Of a stretch of 64,000 nt of DNA, positions 58,623 through 64,000 are shown piece after piece. A program made the position numbers and the translations under genes. Below the pieces are notes generated by a model. The model was given only the letters and a program-made list of their open reading frames with translations. It made no database searches and had not been told where the DNA came from. This DNA comes from Antedon mediterranea. Taxonomy: Eukaryota; Animalia; Echinodermata. The DNA lies in the NCBI RefSeq assembly GCF_964355755.1, contig NC_092670.1, positions 14,556,795-14,620,794 of the forward strand. The letters are read 5' to 3'. Numbering within the stretch: the first letter of the stretch is position 1; each line of letters starts with the position of its first letter.

Positions 58623-60464
58623 CCAATCTCCTCATATTTGAGTAAAATGGGATGTCCACAGTTTAAGATGTAGAAAATGTAGTAAATTTATTCAACCTAC
58701 ATACGATTATTTTATAATTGATAACACTACAAAGAAGCAGATGTTGTATCTTTTTTTATTGCATCATTTAAATATGTTAAAGTAATTACATATTTATTCC
58801 AATCGCATCAAATTTGAATTCTGACTAGGTATCAGGATTGTTTTCATAGCGAATTTCAACATACAGCGCACGACTGCTGGACTACACAGCATCTAATCTA
58901 ATAGACATTCTGTGAAAGCTCAGAAACATATTGAGCATGCGCAGACCATTTATCAGCTATACCTAATATACTGTGCCGCATAATCAAACGAAAAGTTTGC
59001 GATCAATTTCAATACAAATGTTTTGCTATTATATTTATTTTGTAAAGCATGTTTTGAGCTCATACATTGTGATTAAATGGTAAAATACATTTTTAAAAAC
59101 TATAATTTTTAAAATACACGAACGGTTATTTCTTCAACTATACTAAACCAAAGTAACAGTGCACATACTCTCCGACCATATCATTACCAACGACCAGCAT
59201 TTTATCAGTAAAAGCATTTATTTTAACTAAAGGCCGACAACACTGTTTTTAGTACGGTATACTTTCCCACTTTAGATGTCATACCATCAGTTTATGAATA
59301 CACGTATATAACCCTTTCCCCTAAATGTTTTACGCCTATCAACAAAATATCTGTCGTGATTACGGCATTTGATCGAAGAAAAAGTTGTCTAGTTTTATAA
59401 ATGTTTGTACGATGTTTGGTTCCCACTATGCCAGTACAATTAAACCATCTCGGAATGCGCCTTCAAAACTTTCCATTTTAACCTGAAAAGAGAAAAGAAT
59501 AGATATATGAAGACAACCTAGTTATACATGTACAGTACATTGTTTTAACAGGATTAACATTTTAAAGAATTCGCATCACTTCAGTCCATATTATTTTTTT
59601 TAAGTGATGGGCTTAATTACACAACCCATTATGGACAGTAGTAGAGCAGTTAATGCCATGAGGTGTGCATTTTATTACCAAAGCATGAAACTTGGCACAA
59701 AGTTTCTTTGATGTATATAGATTAAAAATATCTGGGGTGCCAAATGTGCAACGTCCGGTATGGCGGCCATCTTGATTTTAAAATAGCCACAATAAAAACA
59801 AAAAGTGTTCATATCTTGGCAACTATACACATTAGAGACTTAATTCTGGCGTTAAATTGTTCACAAACTATATATTTCTATTTACTCTAATGAAAAGTTC
59901 TGTCCAAAAATGACCGGAAATGACGTTTCTTTCAGTTTAACCTTTGACACCGTATTTGTATATCTCTATAACTACTCGTCATTTTTAATTGATTTTGGTG
60001 TCATTTTGTTTAGAATAAATATATTTATATTTGTAGGAATGAAACATTTTCACCTAAAATGATCGGAAATACAATTTATGACCTTTGACATTTTTTATTG
60101 ATTTTTAATTATGTGTATATACTGTATGTGGTTTATGTTGGTCTTAAATGCACCTAATTTTGAACTTTGACCTGCTAGGCGTAATTATATAAAATGATTA
60201 ATGGGCTTAAATTGTATATAGTGCATAAAATTGGTAAACATTGTGTTTGGTGGTACCATTAGTTTACTGATGGTGGCACCTTTTGATTGGCTAAAAGTTT
60301 TAATAGTTTAACAGAGGAAATAACATATATGTTATGGAATACCGTAAAACCTCGAAAGGGTGATAGTATAAGTTTCTTTTCGAGATAGACTGTATTTGAA
60401 TGTCAAATGAATAGTATGATGATCGTGTTTTATTATTAATGACCTTACAATGAACCCTTTATAT

Positions 60465-60981
60465 TTTTTTTTTATCTTATGTGGGTTCATCCCACTTTTA
60501 TTTCCATACCACTGTTCTCTTTACATATATTTTTCACTATACACTAATACATATCATTATATTTACAATGTTTGTTTAATCATCTGTATACATATACTTA
60601 TTTAAAGAGTTTTATTCATTTGTTTACATATTATCACATTGATTACATAGCTTCCTCTTTTTAAACATATTATCTGTAACACATTTTCATTAACAAGCTT
60701 ATTTTTTTCTTACATAGTTGTTTTTGATTTTTTCATCTACCACATTTTCATTTAACAATGCATATTCTCTGTTATACTCATTACTTACTATATATTTACT
60801 GTTAACATAATATTGTTCTCATTCTTTAACCTTAATATTAATATTTTTGTTCTTTAATGTTTACAAAACTTTTATTTCCAGCAGATCTTTTTTTGCATCT
60901 ATAACTTCTTAAATTTTCATTTAACTTTTTTACATTCTTCTCTTATGTGGATTCGTTCCACTTTTTTTTTTTTTCTTATTT

Positions 60982-61021
<40 letters not shown>

Positions 61022-61600
61022 ATTTCCATATATTATTTTGTTTATACATACATTATCATTTAACCACATTGATTACATGGTTTCCTCTTTTTATACATAT
61101 TATCTATAACACATTTTCATTAACAAAGCTTATTTTTTTCTTACATAGTTGTTTTGTTTTTTTTTTTTCATCTACATGCATATTTATTTCATACAATTAT
61201 AATACGTTTATGTTTAATAAATCCATCCCATGGGTTTGTCCCATTTTATTTTTCTTTGGATTTATCTATGCAAACATATTTTCATTTAAACAATGCTTAT
61301 TCTCTGTTATACTAATTACTTACAAACTTTTTACTGTTAACATTATATTTTCCTCATCCTTTAACATTGATTTTTTTTTTGATCTTTAAATGTTTACAAA
61401 ATTTATTTCCAACAGATTATCCTTTTTTGCATCTACAGTATAACCCATCAAAGTTTCATTTAACTTTTTTTTTCCTATGTGGGTTCATTCAATTATTTTT
61501 TTTTTACTTATTATTTATTCCATTATTTTTTCATACATACATTATCATTTAACAACATTTGTGTTTAATGATCCATTAAAAAAATTAGAATTTTTTTTTT
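60465..61600. repeat. Degenerate AT-rich tandem repeat (~2.3 x 480-530 bp) with a long poly-A run
   Basis: CTTATGTGGGTTCATCCCAC-like anchor at ~60477, 60942 and 61475, with shared CACATTGATTACAT and CACATTTTCATTAACAA blocks. Confidence 0.65.
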
Positions 61601-61662
61601 CTTTTTAACCATTTTATCATTTCAAAATTCCACATGCAGTAAGAATGTGCAAATTACATATA

Positions 61663-64000
61663 CTAGATGGCACGCTCGCTTCGCTCGCGTACCATCTAGG
61701 GGTGCTCACAGATGGTTCTCGAATACAGTAGAATCCACGGACGGGGACTTTTTTGGGACACTAAACAAAAACGGAAGTGTCCCCCTAATTGGGGTATTCA
61801 GAAATAGAGACAACAAAACCAATACTGGATTCCATAAAGGACAATTAATTTATGTGGATTAAAGAAATTAGGGAGAAATGGAAATGTATGTACGGGAATT
61901 GGGCGGCAGCACGTGGTGGTGGTGATGGAACCGCAGTAATAAAGTTGATTGTATTTATATATTATAAGAACCAAACTAAATAAATAGACCTAGACATTCT
62001 GCGAAATGGAAATCGGAAATTCAAGCTCCTATTCAGTGAAAAATTAAACTGTAGTCTACCTAAATATTTAGGGCAAATCATCGGTTGTGGTGTTGAACTT
62101 CCTGTAAACATTTGTGTGAACCAAACTGGGTCGAATTTCTGTCATGAGTACTGATTTGTTGGCCTGTGATTTATGACGCCTAAGGGATCTATCTAGACTT
62201 ATTTTTTAGAATAATGTACGTACCTGTCAGATACAATTGTCTTGTGTCGTATAATAAATAAGTACTGTAATAGTTACTGAAGTTACTATTACAATCTCGT
62301 CAATGAAAACACGAAAATGTATATGCACTTACTTATGAAAACGTATACAGTATTATACTCAGTTATTGAAACAGTAGGTTTAAAAAAGTTTCGTTTGTCT
62401 GTAAAATGATGTAATCAAGCTGTTTACATGAGTCTTAATTTATAAGCACATCAATAATAAAATAGTTTATCTATCCTGTAATTGCCGAGATTATGGTCGC
62501 TGTTGAATGAAATAAAGCCAATCGGTATCATATTTGTACAGAAACGTTTTCGCGGCCGAAGGGTGTAACCTAAATTCGTTGTATTATTATTATCGTCAAG
62601 AACTAACTGTAACTACATAGAAAGTAGGGTATCATAAATTTGGCATTAGCACTCGGGGGAGTGGCTAAGATGAAGTCCGTGGGACTACTAAATATAAATT
62701 GTAATGAACCTCGAGGGACATAAATAGGAATATTTCATGTTTCATTATCAATGTATAATAAATGGAAACTGTTTACCGATTCAAATAATAGAAATTGGTT
62801 TTTAACATTTTCCGAACCTATTGCAAGTTTATTCTCAAAGGGCCCATATATTTACCTACCGTATGTGTTAAACCAAGGGCTCATAAATTTACCTACAGTA
62901 CTTGTGTTAAACCAAACTACTGGATGTTCCATTCATCGCAAATCAATACATTTGTATAATCGTATATTAAATCTATCAAAATAGTATTTTTTAAAGAAAA
63001 TCGGCCTGTCTTCAACATTATGATGGTGTACTCTAGCAATCTATCAAAATAGTATTTTTTTAAAGAAAATCGGCCTGTCTTCAACATTATGATGGTGTAC
63101 TCTAGCTGTTCAACCGGTTTTCAGCTATTAAAAACAATTATCGTAGGAGGAGATAGGAAAATGCGAAGCCTCCTCGCTATGTAACATTAGGGTTGAGGGA
63201 TGGGAAAGCGGATAGGTACAAAGAGGAACAATTTTTAAATATATTCTTTATCCACTGAGTAACGAAATATTTTGTTCATGTTTTATAGGCCTATAAATAA
63301 TATACCTCTAAATACAGTAGGCCTAAAACATTTGCGATTTAATACTTTGTTAAAATTGTCACTGTCATAATCGATTGAAATATTAAAGTACATGTCACGA
63401 TACACCACTACGACGTTTATATTTTTGGTAATTATTAATTAATACAAACGTTGAGAAGGAACTGTCAGTATAAAGTTTATTTGTATATCTAACAGTAGAG
63501 CCTATCCACAGTCTCAGTAATAAAGTTTATTTGTATATATTTTTATATTACATCTAACAGTACGAACATTCACAGTAAGAAATGTTCGATTCAAATGAAA
63601 AATAGTTAATAGGTATTTACAGTATTGTCAAAGTATTGCAAGTTTATTCTCAAAGGGCCCATATATTTACCTACCGTATGTGTTAAACCAAGGGCTCATA
63701 AATTTACCTACAGTACTTGTGTTAAACCAACTCTGGCAGACTGAGAGATTGGGATGTTCCATTCATCGCAAATCAATACATTTGTATAATCGTATATTAA
63801 ATCTATCAAAATAGTATTTTTTAAAGAAAATCGGCCTGTCTTCAACATTATGATGGTGTACTCTAGCTGTTCAACCGGTTTTCAGCTATTAAAAACAATT
63901 ATCGTAGGAGGAGATAGAAAAATGCGAAGCCTCCTCGCATTTTTTTGGCGGGTATTTTTCAAGATGGACATCCATTAGACAGTGTATACCACGATCGGAA
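61663..64000 (-). mobile_element. Helitron family B copy with internal duplications, runs off the window end
   Basis: 3' end on the minus strand: A|CTAGATGGCACGCTCGCTTCGCTCGCGTACCATCTAG. Body matches 30320-31060 in reverse. There is a ~72-bp tandem duplication near 62970-63110 and a repeated block 62820-63175/63635-63940. Confidence 0.75.

Larger units (their letters stand above)
55910..59638 (+). repeat. Segmental duplication of ~19690-23358 (Ku80 3' end, 5S-SINE, last exon of the convergent gene)
   Basis: Colinear similarity with substitutions and indels. The right breakpoint follows CCCATTATGGACAGT. Confidence 0.95.

Overview
AT-rich, intron-containing animal genomic DNA (likely an invertebrate deuterostome; this is inference). 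There is no prokaryotic operon or CRISPR array. Host genes: (1) a complete 19-exon Ku80/XRCC5 gene (+, 12421-21688, 726 aa, one U12-type intron); (2) a convergent 4-exon gene for an unrecognised ~443-aa protein made of two diverged copies of one domain (-, 23145-26084); (3) a signal-peptide multi-Sushi/CCP gene built from recently duplicated 165-nt phase-1 exons (-, ~29050-48627); (4) a 3.7-kb duplicate (~55910-59638) that keeps only the five Ku80 C-terminal exons, with intact frames. Positions 1-12388 are a rolling-circle (Helentron/Helitron-like) complex. It contains a >=1135-codon minus-strand ORF (TM-PHD-herpes-type DUB-OTU) that is open at the window edge and absent from the ORF track. 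It also contains a 12 x ~345-bp satellite whose every unit carries a minus-strand acceptor/32-nt micro-exon/GTGAGT donor, and two 1.15-kb non-autonomous units ending 32 nt before the Ku80 ATG. The rest is nested transposons: Helitron within Helitron within a Sushi intron, Sola-like elements, Harbinger, Kolobok and foldback MITEs, LINE and Penelope relics with a hammerhead ribozyme, and 5S/tRNA-derived SINEs. All alignments and translations were done by eye.
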